Virus record (IMG/VR): IMGVR_UViG_3300023297_000003
Origin: a virus
Lineage: Duplodnaviria; Heunggongvirae; Uroviricota; Caudoviricetes
DNA: 64,000 bases
Direction: 5' to 3' (one strand)
The notes beneath the pieces were generated by a model. The model was given only the letters and a program-made list of their open reading frames with translations, searched no databases and was not told the origin of the DNA. Shown piece by piece: positions 55,802 to 64,000 of the stretch; within the stretch, counting starts at the first letter, position 1; each line of letters begins with the position of its first letter. The position numbers and the translations under genes are program-made.

Positions 55802-56391
55802 GAGGTCTTCCTTTTGAAGGTGTAGACCCAGACCCAGGGGTTGTCCTTCCAACGGAAATCAGGTTTGGCGAGGCTGTCCCAAAGGGCTGCGAAGGCAGTT
55901 TGGGCTGAGTAGAAATCAGCGTCAACACCCGGAGCGTGAAATAACCATTTGCCGGGGCGCACGTCCTGCATCTCGATCCCTTCCGCAATGCAGTCGTCCT
56001 CGCTAATGTCCTGCAACCGTTCGACACTCACGTTGGTGATGCGGAGCCAGGTGCGGGCATATGCCGCCGACAAGCCCTTTCCAGATACAGGAACCCAACC
56101 ATTGCCCTTTGGCTGGTAGAACCGAATAGAGCTTCCTGTCACATTACTCCAAAAGGGCTCCTGAAGGTAGACACTGTCACCAGTAAGATAACGGGGTTGG
56201 ATGTTGTGGTGCCACTCCCCGCCGCAACCAGACTCGGTCACAACAAACACAGGTTGATCATCTTCGTTTTGCCCCTGACGAATGACACCCCCTTGGTCGG
56301 GTTGCGGTTTCACCACCCTACGGGTTTGGGTCTTGCTGTCATCTCTCAGCTTAGGCAAAAGAACGTCTACGAATCGAATTCCTGTGCTCAT
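55798..56391 (-). CDS. hypothetical protein, possibly ASCH/PUA-like
   Basis: MSTGIRFVDVLLPKLRDDSKTQTRRV.. and ..ISEDDCIAEGIE; weak. Confidence 0.35.
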   Translation of the reverse strand: MSTGIRFVDVLLPKLRDDSKTQTRRVVKPQPDQGGVIRQGQNEDDQPVFVVTESGCGGEWHHNIQPRYLTGDSVYLQEPFWSNVTGSSIRFYQPKGNGWVPVSGKGLSAAYARTWLRITNVSVERLQDISEDDCIAEGIEMQDVRPGKWLFHAPGVDADFYSAQTAFAALWDSLAKPDFRWKDNPWVWVYTFKRKTS

Positions 56392-56684
56392 TACCTGATC
56401 TCCGTTGTGTCCGTAGACCTTTCGGGCATCTGAATAGACAGCACACGCCCATCCTCCAACAGGATGTCTCCGAGCCTCTCCCCGCCGTGCCCACAGCAAC
56501 TTGCCACGGTGATGATGTTGGCTGCGTTCAGGGCGGCTACAATATCAGCAATACAGATGTCAATCTCCTGCCGACGTCCCCGAAGGGCCATGGGCACCTG
56601 ATGCTCGTAACTGCCAACAGGGCAACAGCCTCCTGCTCGGATTTTACGGGCCAAACGGTTGGTGGAGCCTGTTCCGTCACTCAT
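56391..56684 (-). CDS. hypothetical protein
   Basis: 97-aa ORF. Confidence 0.35.
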   Translation of the reverse strand: MSDGTGSTNRLARKIRAGGCCPVGSYEHQVPMALRGRRQEIDICIADIVAALNAANIITVASCCGHGGERLGDILLEDGRVLSIQMPERSTDTTEIR

Positions 56685-57199
56685 CGGCCAACACTCTTCT
56701 TCAGCAGCTTGTCACGGAGGAATTTGAACACTTGCCAGACCTGGGGTTGATGCGGTTGCCGTGCGAGTGCCTCGATGTCATCCACATCGGGATAGGTTGT
56801 TCGGAGGCGGCGGAGCACCTCCTTGTAGTAGATGTAGACGATGTTCCGGTCACTCACGGACCAGGCAACTGCAGCCTTAGCCTCTATGGGCCATTCCTTT
56901 TCGTCAGCGAACCGAGCCATCACCAGCCGGGCAAGCTCCTCCGCTGAAGGTACCTTGCCTTCGTAGATGCCCTCTACCAACGGGGACCAGACTCCATTGT
57001 CGTAGTCGGATACGAGATAGTTGACACCCTGAGCCAGCCAGAAAAGCAATTGCTCATCTGGAAACTCCTCCAGGGTCACATCGGCAAGCCCCTTGGGCTT
57101 TGTTTGTCTGGCCTTGGCTGTCCTTTCCTTACGCTTGGTTGCACGGCGCTGTGCTGCCTTCCTACGCCGTTTCTCTTTCTCCTGCTCTTTGTTTCCCAT
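56681..57199 (-). CDS. hypothetical protein with basic N-terminus
   Basis: KEKRRRKAAQRRATKRKERTAKARQTK. Confidence 0.45.
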   Translation of the reverse strand: MGNKEQEKEKRRRKAAQRRATKRKERTAKARQTKPKGLADVTLEEFPDEQLLFWLAQGVNYLVSDYDNGVWSPLVEGIYEGKVPSAEELARLVMARFADEKEWPIEAKAAVAWSVSDRNIVYIYYKEVLRRLRTTYPDVDDIEALARQPHQPQVWQVFKFLRDKLLKKSVGR

Positions 57200-57332
57200 A
57201 GATGCCCCCCAGCCTTATATCATCTACTCTACCGTCGTGTCCCTGGCACAAGGTGGGATCAAGGTGGGATCATCGTTGTCAGGACCAGAGTAGTACTTGT
57301 GAGGGCAAATGATCCCTGCAAGGAGCACCTTG

Positions 57333-57605
57333 ATGACGATCACAAGCAAAAACCTGAAACCCACCAAACGTCAGTACCAGGCCCTCAGGCGTGTCCTTAG
57401 CACCTCCCTGGCCAAGCAAAAGACCTACATCGCAACGTGGCGGTCCTTGATCCATCATGGGTGGCTCCAGGACAGTTTCGGCCACACCGAGCTTTCCCCC
57501 AGCGGGGAGGAGGCATTCGTTTGTGGGTGCCGGAAGTACGAGAGCGAGGCCGTCCAGGATTCGTGGAAGGAACGACTTCCCCGAGGACCTTGGGAAACAA
57601 AGTAG
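57333..57605 (+). CDS. hypothetical protein
   Basis: start MTITSKNL after AAGGAG; promoter motif 57268-57310. Confidence 0.4.
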   Translation: MTITSKNLKPTKRQYQALRRVLSTSLAKQKTYIATWRSLIHHGWLQDSFGHTELSPSGEEAFVCGCRKYESEAVQDSWKERLPRGPWETK

Positions 57606-57606
57606 T

Positions 57607-57658
57607 GGGATCATCTCCTCCGACCTCAGAGTAGTAAGGGTGAGGGGCAAATGACCCC
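57607..57658 (+). promoter_or_regulatory. conserved promoter-like motif + UTR stem-loop
   Basis: gggatcatct cctccgacctc agagtagtaagg gtgaggggcaaatgacccc. Confidence 0.5.
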
Positions 57659-57672
57659 GCAGGGGAGACACC

Positions 57673-58152
57673 GTGAAGAAACACACCAAGGAACTCTATG
57701 AAGTGTGGAAGGAACGGGACCACGAGTGGAAGTTCCGCTCTCCCCACGGTGTTGTGACCATGAGGACCAAAAGGAAAGCCGAGGCTGCTGCCCGTTCCTG
57801 GAGACGGGCCAACCGCAAGGTTCCCAAGTCCCTCAAGGATGAGTGCGGTGTGACCAACATCTCCTTGGATAACGCTCGCTACATGCAGGCCCGTTACGGG
57901 ATACCTGAGACCGTGGTATTCCACACTGATGGTTCGGATTACCGCACGGAAGCGGCGTATCGTGACACAGACATACAGGAGATTGTCCTGATGGTCTACA
58001 CGGGATTCGGATGGGGCTACAGCGGGGAAGGTCCGCACGGCACTCTCGAATTCCTCAACGACATGTGCAACGTCGACATCAGCATCAGCACCATCGCAGG
58101 GTGGGACAACAAGGGGTCCTATCGGACCATAGACATCCTGACCGAGGCATAG
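57673..58152 (+). CDS. hypothetical protein (GTG start)
   Basis: 159-aa ORF. Confidence 0.45.
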   Translation: MKKHTKELYEVWKERDHEWKFRSPHGVVTMRTKRKAEAAARSWRRANRKVPKSLKDECGVTNISLDNARYMQARYGIPETVVFHTDGSDYRTEAAYRDTDIQEIVLMVYTGFGWGYSGEGPHGTLEFLNDMCNVDISISTIAGWDNKGSYRTIDILTEA

Positions 58153-58163
58153 GAGAACACACG

Positions 58164-58523
58164 ATGAGCACACACACCGACAGAGAGCAATGGGCTGACG
58201 ACCACGGATACCGCCGGATGCGTTGCCCGCATTGCGGATGGTATGACTACACCGATGGCGACGCCCCCGAGTGTGGTTGTTTCGACGGGGAAGGTGACGG
58301 CGCACGTTGTGCCTTTTGTGACGAAACCCAAGACAACTGCCGGTGCGACCTCGGCTTCATGGTCGAGACCTTCTCCCGCCAGAGCAAAGTGCGGACGGCC
58401 CGGAAGGACCATAAGGGTGGGCGCATCAAGGCAGGCGACCGCTACTATGAGGTCGTGACAGGCGGGTACCACAAGGACGGCCCCAGGTGGATGAGCACCC
58501 ACAAGGTGAAGGTGTCCCAATGA
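58164..58523 (+). CDS. cysteine-rich hypothetical protein
   Basis: CPHCGW..ECGCF..CAFCDETQDNCRC. Confidence 0.45.
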   Translation: MSTHTDREQWADDHGYRRMRCPHCGWYDYTDGDAPECGCFDGEGDGARCAFCDETQDNCRCDLGFMVETFSRQSKVRTARKDHKGGRIKAGDRYYEVVTGGYHKDGPRWMSTHKVKVSQ

Positions 58524-58774
58524 AGGTGCAACTGGGGAGTGGGGAAACCGAGTTCGGCCCCGGTGTGAACATCGAATTTACGGGCGAGGAGGTGGCCACG
58601 GCAATAGAGGCGTGGCTGGTTGCTCACGAGGTATGTGTCAGGGGACCGAGGACCATCTCCGTGAACGGGGACCTCTGTCAGACCGGGCGCATCTATGTCG
58701 ATCCGTCTGGGACCGTGATACACGAGGGCAAGCGCTTTTCCGGACGGGGCAACGACGACATCGAGGAGGGCTGA
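58520..58774 (+). CDS. hypothetical protein
   Basis: ATGA overlap with upstream gene. Confidence 0.4.
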   Translation: MKVQLGSGETEFGPGVNIEFTGEEVATAIEAWLVAHEVCVRGPRTISVNGDLCQTGRIYVDPSGTVIHEGKRFSGRGNDDIEEG

Positions 58775-58775
58775 C

Positions 58776-59000
58776 ATGACCCGTTTCCAACGATGGATGC
58801 TCCGCAAGATCTTCAAGGAGGAGGTTCGCCAAGGACCGCACGTGGTCAACATCACCGAGTGCCTCAGACTCCTGCGGGACGCTGTTGCCGTAGAGTTCAC
58901 CGAGGATAACGATGCCACCCTGGACGCCCTCCTCCGTGAGTGCCTGGATAACACCCGGTATTCGCCTGTCCTGCCCAAGGTCGAGGGATCATCTCCCTGA
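58776..59000 (+). CDS. hypothetical protein
   Basis: 74-aa ORF. Confidence 0.4.
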   Translation: MTRFQRWMLRKIFKEEVRQGPHVVNITECLRLLRDAVAVEFTEDNDATLDALLRECLDNTRYSPVLPKVEGSSP

Positions 59001-59035
59001 CCCGCAGAGTAGTAGGTGTAAGGGACGAATGATCC
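58985..59035 (+). promoter_or_regulatory. conserved promoter-like motif
   Basis: gggatcatct ccctgacccgc agagtagtaggtgtaagggacgaatgatcc. Confidence 0.5.
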
Positions 59036-59046
59036 TGGAGGTCAAG

Positions 59047-59589
59047 ATGGGACAGGCTAAAAAGAACAAGAGAGTATGGGAGGTTCTCCTAGAAGACTAC
59101 AAGGAGGGCACGTTGGTGTCCCTCGACGGTTTCAGGAGGAAGGCCCAGGAATGCTTGGCCACGCCACACGCCAGGGTGCTCCGAACGTTGACATCCAGGA
59201 GTGCAAAGGAGCAGGACAAGGACGCCTGGGGTCGTTCGTTAAAGGGTGGCCCTATCTTTTGTGAGAAGGAACGACCCATCTACCGGGGGAGAACTCCCGA
59301 AGGCCACTTCGATTTCCGCACCGGAAGTCGGGTACTGAACCGAGTCATCTACCAGAGAGGGCTGGATTTCCCTCACGTCAAGGCCTTTGGACCGTCTACC
59401 CGCTGGGTGGACGTTTCCGGCCAAGAACGCTGGAACCTCCGTTACTTCTGGCTGGACAGTAAGAGAAGGGTGAAGATGTTGATTGTCCCCTCCAAACTCC
59501 CCCACTGGTCTGTTGACGTATTCACACGACTGGATGGCAAGGTGGATCCTCCCTGTACTGTGATCTCGTATGGTTCGAAGGAGCGCTAG
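59047..59589 (+). CDS. hypothetical protein
   Basis: 180-aa ORF. Confidence 0.5.
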   Translation: MGQAKKNKRVWEVLLEDYKEGTLVSLDGFRRKAQECLATPHARVLRTLTSRSAKEQDKDAWGRSLKGGPIFCEKERPIYRGRTPEGHFDFRTGSRVLNRVIYQRGLDFPHVKAFGPSTRWVDVSGQERWNLRYFWLDSKRRVKMLIVPSKLPHWSVDVFTRLDGKVDPPCTVISYGSKER

Positions 59590-59677
59590 AAGATGGATGC
59601 ATTAGAATATGAGGGATTGCACTGGGGCACCGTGGTGCTCATTGTGGCTGATTTATAAAACAAAGGGGGGGGTAGAG

Positions 59678-60607
59678 ATGAGGTATCTGGTTGTGCTGTT
59701 GGCTCTGTTGGCTTTCACGTCTTGTGACGAGGAGGTGGGCCGCACAAGTGGCGAAGGAGAGAGCTGCACGAGGACGGATGACTGTGACAGCGGTCTGATC
59801 TGTGTGGACCTTGTCTGCGAGGAGCCTGAACCCGAGGTCAATCAGAAGGAGAGTTGCACGAAGACGTCGGACTGCGACAGCGACTACGTGTGCGTGGGTT
59901 TCTTCTGCGTTGAGGAGCCCCGTTTCCCACAGTGTATTCCGGGGGTGTCTCAATCCTGTGTGTGTAGTGACGGCTATATGTCCGATCAAACGTGCAATCT
60001 TGACGGGTTCTTTTACACGACATGCGCTTGTCCTTGTTCGCAGGGAGAGACAATAGCCTGCCCCTGTCCCGGTGCCCTAGCGGGACTACAACAATGTGGG
60101 TCTGATGGGTTTTACGAGGTCTGTATTTGTTACGAGCCCGACCATCGGGGGATTCAGGATGACGGTACTTGGATGGACTCCGCAACGGGGCTGACCTGGG
60201 AGACAAAGCTCTCTGCCTCTGTGGCTCTGTCCTGGGCTGGGGCGTCGGAGCACTGTGCGGGTGAGGGTGCAGGTTGGCGGCTACCAACGATCTCGGAGTT
60301 TAGGAGTTTGATCCGGGGCTGTGCGGACACAGAACTTGGAAGTGATAGCTGCGAAGTTGAGGAGGATGGTTGCCTTGACGTCTTTTGCGATGACGGAGAC
60401 CAGTGCGCTGGCTGCTCCTGGAAGGACGGCCCCGGAGAAGGGGGCTGCTATTGGCCGGAAGAGATGGAGGGGGGCTGCACCTCCTACTGGTCTTCGGCTA
60501 TGATGGCGGGCAGTGATCTGTATGCCTGGTCCGTGAATTTCCTAGAGGCCAGCGTCAACGGTGTTTACATAGACAACGACGGTATCGGCACACGCTGCGT
60601 CCGTTAG
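59678..60607 (+). CDS. lipoprotein with Cys-rich repeats and C-terminal DUF1566 (Lcl-like) domain
   Basis: MRYLVVLLALLAFTSC lipobox; ESCTRTDDCDSGLICV repeats; GLTWETKLS..WRLPTISEFRSLIRGC. Confidence 0.55.
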   Translation: MRYLVVLLALLAFTSCDEEVGRTSGEGESCTRTDDCDSGLICVDLVCEEPEPEVNQKESCTKTSDCDSDYVCVGFFCVEEPRFPQCIPGVSQSCVCSDGYMSDQTCNLDGFFYTTCACPCSQGETIACPCPGALAGLQQCGSDGFYEVCICYEPDHRGIQDDGTWMDSATGLTWETKLSASVALSWAGASEHCAGEGAGWRLPTISEFRSLIRGCADTELGSDSCEVEEDGCLDVFCDDGDQCAGCSWKDGPGEGGCYWPEEMEGGCTSYWSSAMMAGSDLYAWSVNFLEASVNGVYIDNDGIGTRCVR

Positions 60608-60719
60608 CGGACCCCATAGTCCCATTCCCCACTGCAGCGTTCTACAACAGGGAACGGGTCCTAAAGGCATCTCAATAAAATGGCTATCCACAAGGAAATG
60701 GTGACAGGAGGTTGTCACC

Positions 60720-61532
60720 ATGACTTACAACATTGATCTCAGGGATCCCCAATGGGCCTACTTTTTCGGTTTTACACAGGCAGACGGCCACCTGTGGCAA
60801 GGTCCAGGTAACAAGGGCAAATTAACAATCGAACTTCAGATTTCGGATAAGCCTCTTTTGTGTGCCTTTCAGAAGCTCATCCCTTTTTACTCTAGTGTGT
60901 CTACACGTTGCCGGGACACAAACTTCAAACAGGGTTATGAGTCCTGTAGCCTCAGGGTGTCCAATTGGCATTTCAGAAAGGAGTTGCAGAGATTAGGACT
61001 TCCTGCGGGTAAAAAGTCTACCTCTGTAAAAACCCCCGAGACCCCCTTTTCTGCTTCTGACTATTTTCGGGGGTGGCTTGATGCAGATGGATCCGTAGGC
61101 ATCACAGGAAAAGGTTTTCCTTTTGTCAGTTTCGGCACGAAAAGCCCCCACATCGCTGCCGCCTTCATGAGTTTTTGTCAAGCCATCACGGGTAAGCCCC
61201 GAAAATTACAGCCTAACAAAAGAGACAACATGTTCAATATAATGTACTTGAAGGAGGATGCTCAGTCCTTGGTGCAAGCCTTTTATTATCCAGGAGCATT
61301 GGCCTTAGAGCGCAAACAGAAGGCATCAGCCACTGTCCTACTTTGGCAGAGACCTCCTGAAATGCGACAAAGGCCACCCTACAAAAGGTGGACCCCGGAA
61401 GAAGATGCCGTTGTTTGGGCCGAACTCCCTTATGTAGCGGCACAACGGCTTGGGAGAACAGAAAAAAGTGTCACTGCCCGTGCTTGGCGTTTAAAACACC
61501 AAGTGGGATCATCCGTGGTCCCACTTGAGTAG
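60720..61532 (+). CDS. LAGLIDADG homing endonuclease (two-motif, free-standing)
   Basis: YFFGFTQADGHL and YFRGWLDADGSV; lower GC than surroundings. Confidence 0.8.
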   Translation: MTYNIDLRDPQWAYFFGFTQADGHLWQGPGNKGKLTIELQISDKPLLCAFQKLIPFYSSVSTRCRDTNFKQGYESCSLRVSNWHFRKELQRLGLPAGKKSTSVKTPETPFSASDYFRGWLDADGSVGITGKGFPFVSFGTKSPHIAAAFMSFCQAITGKPRKLQPNKRDNMFNIMYLKEDAQSLVQAFYYPGALALERKQKASATVLLWQRPPEMRQRPPYKRWTPEEDAVVWAELPYVAAQRLGRTEKSVTARAWRLKHQVGSSVVPLE

Positions 61533-61534
61533 AC
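61505..61534 (+). promoter_or_regulatory. conserved promoter-like motif upstream of rtcB, overlapping the LAGLIDADG stop codon
   Basis: gggatcatcc gtggtcccacttg agtagac. Confidence 0.5.
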
Positions 61535-61553
61535 CCTTGTGACGGAGGGTTTA

Positions 61554-62726
61554 ATGAGTATAGGACACACCATTCAGGGAGGCCGGACAACGGCTGTTGT
61601 TTACGGGGACTACCCAGATCAATTGGAGGCTCAGCAGATCTACGCACTCTTGGATCTCCCCGCTTTTGCGGGGGCCAAAGTGAGGATCATGCCCGATCAT
61701 CACGCAGGCTTTGGTTGTGTGATCGGATTCACCTGCCCCCTGGATGAGGAGGACTTGGCTGTTGTGCCCTCTCTTGTTGGGGTCGATATTGGGTGCGGCG
61801 TAAACGCTGTTCGGTTAACGGGCACAACCAAAGATCAGACTGATTTCGAAGCTTTCGATAAGCATTTGCGAACCCATGTCCCTTCGGGGTTTCGGAACCG
61901 AACAGAGGTGTCCAAAGACCTCCCATACTTGTTCAAACACTACTTGGGGAGAGGCCCTTCCTGGTCTGATTTTCAGGACACCGTGAATGATGTGGACTGG
62001 AGTGCCCGAGGAGATGGGAGTAAGGTGTGGCATTCTCTTGGTTCTTTGGGGTCAGGGAACCACTTCTTAGAACTGGATCAGGAAAAGGACGGTGCAGATG
62101 TTTGGCTGATTATCCATTCCGGTTCCCGGAATTTCGGTCTACGGGTAGCTGAGAAGCATCAAAATGTTGCCAAGACCAAGTTGGGTTCCTGGGGTGGTCT
62201 CGCTTGGCTGACTGGAGATGACGCTCGGTCCTATCTTCGTGAAATGCGTCTGGCCCAACAGTTGGCAGCCCTGAACCGTTTGGTGATGGCTACAGAACTG
62301 GTACGCTTTTTCGGGTTGAAACTGGCAGACCTGGAAATGGTCACATCGGTACACAACTTCATCGGGAACGACGACATCATCCGCAAGGGTGCCATCTCGG
62401 CCAAGGCAGGGGAAGAACTCATCATACCCTGGAATATGCGGGATGGGTGTATTTTGGGCGAAGGCAAAGGTAACGAGGACTGGAACAACTCGGCACCCCA
62501 CGGGGCCGGACGGAAGATGGCTCGGGGAAGGGCCAAGCGGGAGTTGTCCCTGGAGGAATTCAGGGACACGATGAAGGACGTTTGGACCTCCTGTGTGACC
62601 CGGAAAACCTTGGATGAAGCTCCGATGGCATATAAGGACTCGCAGACCGTTGAGGACTGCATCGGGGACACGGTCGAAATCAAGGCCCGGTTGAAGCCGG
62701 TCTACAACTTCAAGGCAGGGGCGTAA
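61554..62726 (+). CDS. rtcB: RtcB-family RNA ligase
   Basis: MPDHHAGFGCVIG, SLGSGNHFLE, APHGAGR motifs. Confidence 0.85.
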   Translation: MSIGHTIQGGRTTAVVYGDYPDQLEAQQIYALLDLPAFAGAKVRIMPDHHAGFGCVIGFTCPLDEEDLAVVPSLVGVDIGCGVNAVRLTGTTKDQTDFEAFDKHLRTHVPSGFRNRTEVSKDLPYLFKHYLGRGPSWSDFQDTVNDVDWSARGDGSKVWHSLGSLGSGNHFLELDQEKDGADVWLIIHSGSRNFGLRVAEKHQNVAKTKLGSWGGLAWLTGDDARSYLREMRLAQQLAALNRLVMATELVRFFGLKLADLEMVTSVHNFIGNDDIIRKGAISAKAGEELIIPWNMRDGCILGEGKGNEDWNNSAPHGAGRKMARGRAKRELSLEEFRDTMKDVWTSCVTRKTLDEAPMAYKDSQTVEDCIGDTVEIKARLKPVYNFKAGA

Positions 62727-62747
62727 CAGCCCCGAAGGAGCGTCGCT

Positions 62748-63152
62748 ATGTTGTCGATGGAAGACCAGAAAGACCTCGTGAGGACGGGGGTTAGCAGGGC
62801 CGTGTGGGACATCTTCGGGGGGTACCCCGAGGAACGGATGAAGACGCTGACGAAACACTTCGCCACCATCCTCGGGGACATACTGAGACCGGCCCTGATC
62901 CAGGTCCTCAAAGACAGCCTGCCCTCGAAGTCCATATACAGCACCTGCGTGTCCTACAGGCGGGGCGACACCGTCGAGGTGGTCCCCCGGACCAAGGGGC
63001 CTGGGGCGACGGGTGCCCGTGGTACGCTGATCTCCTTCTCGGAGCACCACATCGAGGTGTTGGTCCCGGCTCGTGGTCCGCACAAGGCCCTGAAGGAAAC
63101 CTTCCCCATGGGCAACGTGGCGAAGGTCATCATCGTTCAGGTCGAGGAGTGA
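62748..63152 (+). CDS. hypothetical protein
   Basis: 134-aa ORF. Confidence 0.45.
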   Translation: MLSMEDQKDLVRTGVSRAVWDIFGGYPEERMKTLTKHFATILGDILRPALIQVLKDSLPSKSIYSTCVSYRRGDTVEVVPRTKGPGATGARGTLISFSEHHIEVLVPARGPHKALKETFPMGNVAKVIIVQVEE

Positions 63153-63556
63153 TGTCGTCCCGAAAGGACCTACTCCGTTGTAAGGACTGCAAGCACGTTC
63201 TCCATTGTGCAGCGGAATGGAACAGAGGGACTCCGGCAGATCCAGATCAATACGCTTGCAAACCACTGTCCGAGGGTGGCTTCTTCGAGCCCCTCTGCGA
63301 TGCAGCGGTCTTCAACAAAGAGGAGATTACCCCCATGCGAAATAGGACTGATCAGAGATCCTTCTGGTTTTCGGCCCTGGCGGAAAGCTCTAAACTGAGC
63401 ACTTTCGTGGGCAGAAAGACCAACTCCTATTGCCGACTGAACGATGGCACCGTGATGATCTACAGTTTCAGTACCGACGTGGGAAAATCCCATGGCACGA
63501 TCTGGGACGACATCACATACCTGGGCGACGGTGTGTGGGACCATACGGGCTCGTAA
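63152..63556 (+). CDS. hypothetical Cys-containing protein
   Basis: MSSRKDLLRCKDCKHVLHC; TGATG overlap with upstream stop. Confidence 0.45.
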   Translation: MSSRKDLLRCKDCKHVLHCAAEWNRGTPADPDQYACKPLSEGGFFEPLCDAAVFNKEEITPMRNRTDQRSFWFSALAESSKLSTFVGRKTNSYCRLNDGTVMIYSFSTDVGKSHGTIWDDITYLGDGVWDHTGS

Positions 63557-63698
63557 AGCACCACGGGATTTGAGCACGGCATCTGGGGTCCGGGTCGGAA
63601 GGTACCTCCCGCCTCCTAACACAGCCACCCAAAGCGCTGGTTTTCCGTTCCTTTCACACCCGTTGGGGTAGAAGTGTCTGAAAAGGAGGTGCTCAAAA

Positions 63699-64000
63699 TG
63701 CTTTACGATGATGGCAATTGGCTCGGTTTCGGTCATGTTGGGGACGTTCTGTCCCCTCTGTTAACGCCCGAGAATGTAGCGGGGTGCATCTACCTGGATC
63801 CACCGTACACCCTTAACCCTGTTTATGGGTTAGAGGGAGCGGACGAAGCTCAGAACAAGGCTTTTAGCGCCTTGTCCAAAATGGCCTCGGAGGAAACAGT
63901 GAGAGCAGAAAAGGCCCTTCAAAAGTGTACGGGCCTACTGGACTTCCTTGAGATGGAGAAGGTACTAAGGCCCAATTCAGAATGGGCCTTTCTGATCAAT
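63699..64000 (+). CDS. DNA methyltransferase (N6-adenine/N4-cytosine class), 5' partial at window end
   Basis: CIYLDPPY motif IV; ORF runs off the window. Confidence 0.5.

Noticed and set aside
62139-63266. 375-aa minus-strand ORF
   Set aside because: It is antisense to rtcB and the downstream plus-strand genes and has low-complexity composition.

Overview
This is a high-GC, gene-dense 64 kb segment that looks like part of a large phage or huge-phage-like mobile genome. Most genes are short and of unknown function. They sit on the minus strand at 0.3-32.9 kb, with a small plus-strand island at 33-34.5 kb and minus-strand genes again through the CRISPR-Cas locus to 43.9 kb, and on the plus strand from about 44 kb onward. 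A conserved promoter-like motif (GGGATCATCT-N13-AGAGTAGA, often followed by a GTGAGGGGCAAATGACCCC stem-loop) precedes at least 25 genes in gene orientation. Recognisable genes include thyX, rtcB, an RNase H, a Gp37/Gp68-family gene, a sigma-factor-like gene, a PARP-like enzyme, a ribosomal bL12 C-terminal-domain-like protein, a flotillin-like protein and four homing-endonuclease-type genes. An NAD-dependent DNA ligase is fractured into two ORFs by a split intein, with a free-standing endonuclease gene between the halves.

The clearest system is a compact type I-C CRISPR-Cas locus on the minus strand: cas3-cas5c-cas8c-cas7, then a leader and a 17-repeat array of 36-bp repeats. No cas1, cas2 or cas4 is detectable anywhere in the window. 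Three solitary, degenerate copies of the CRISPR repeat lie far from the array (at 14.7, 34.7/35.0 and 54.9 kb). Each sits in array orientation just downstream of a minus-strand gene, and one has been split by a transposon insertion.

TnpB-family elements are abundant. There is an IS607-type element (serine-recombinase tnpA plus tnpB), an IS1341-type tnpB-only copy that has disrupted a gene, and three 353-bp miniature derivatives. The three minis share one identical deletion junction and retain only the left-end hairpin, the last ~80 codons of tnpB (the omegaRNA-scaffold region) and the right end. There is also a divergent TnpB-like protein with intact RuvC residues but a degenerate zinc finger, paired with a small helix-turn-helix gene.

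All functional calls rest on motifs visible in the translations; nothing was searched against a database.
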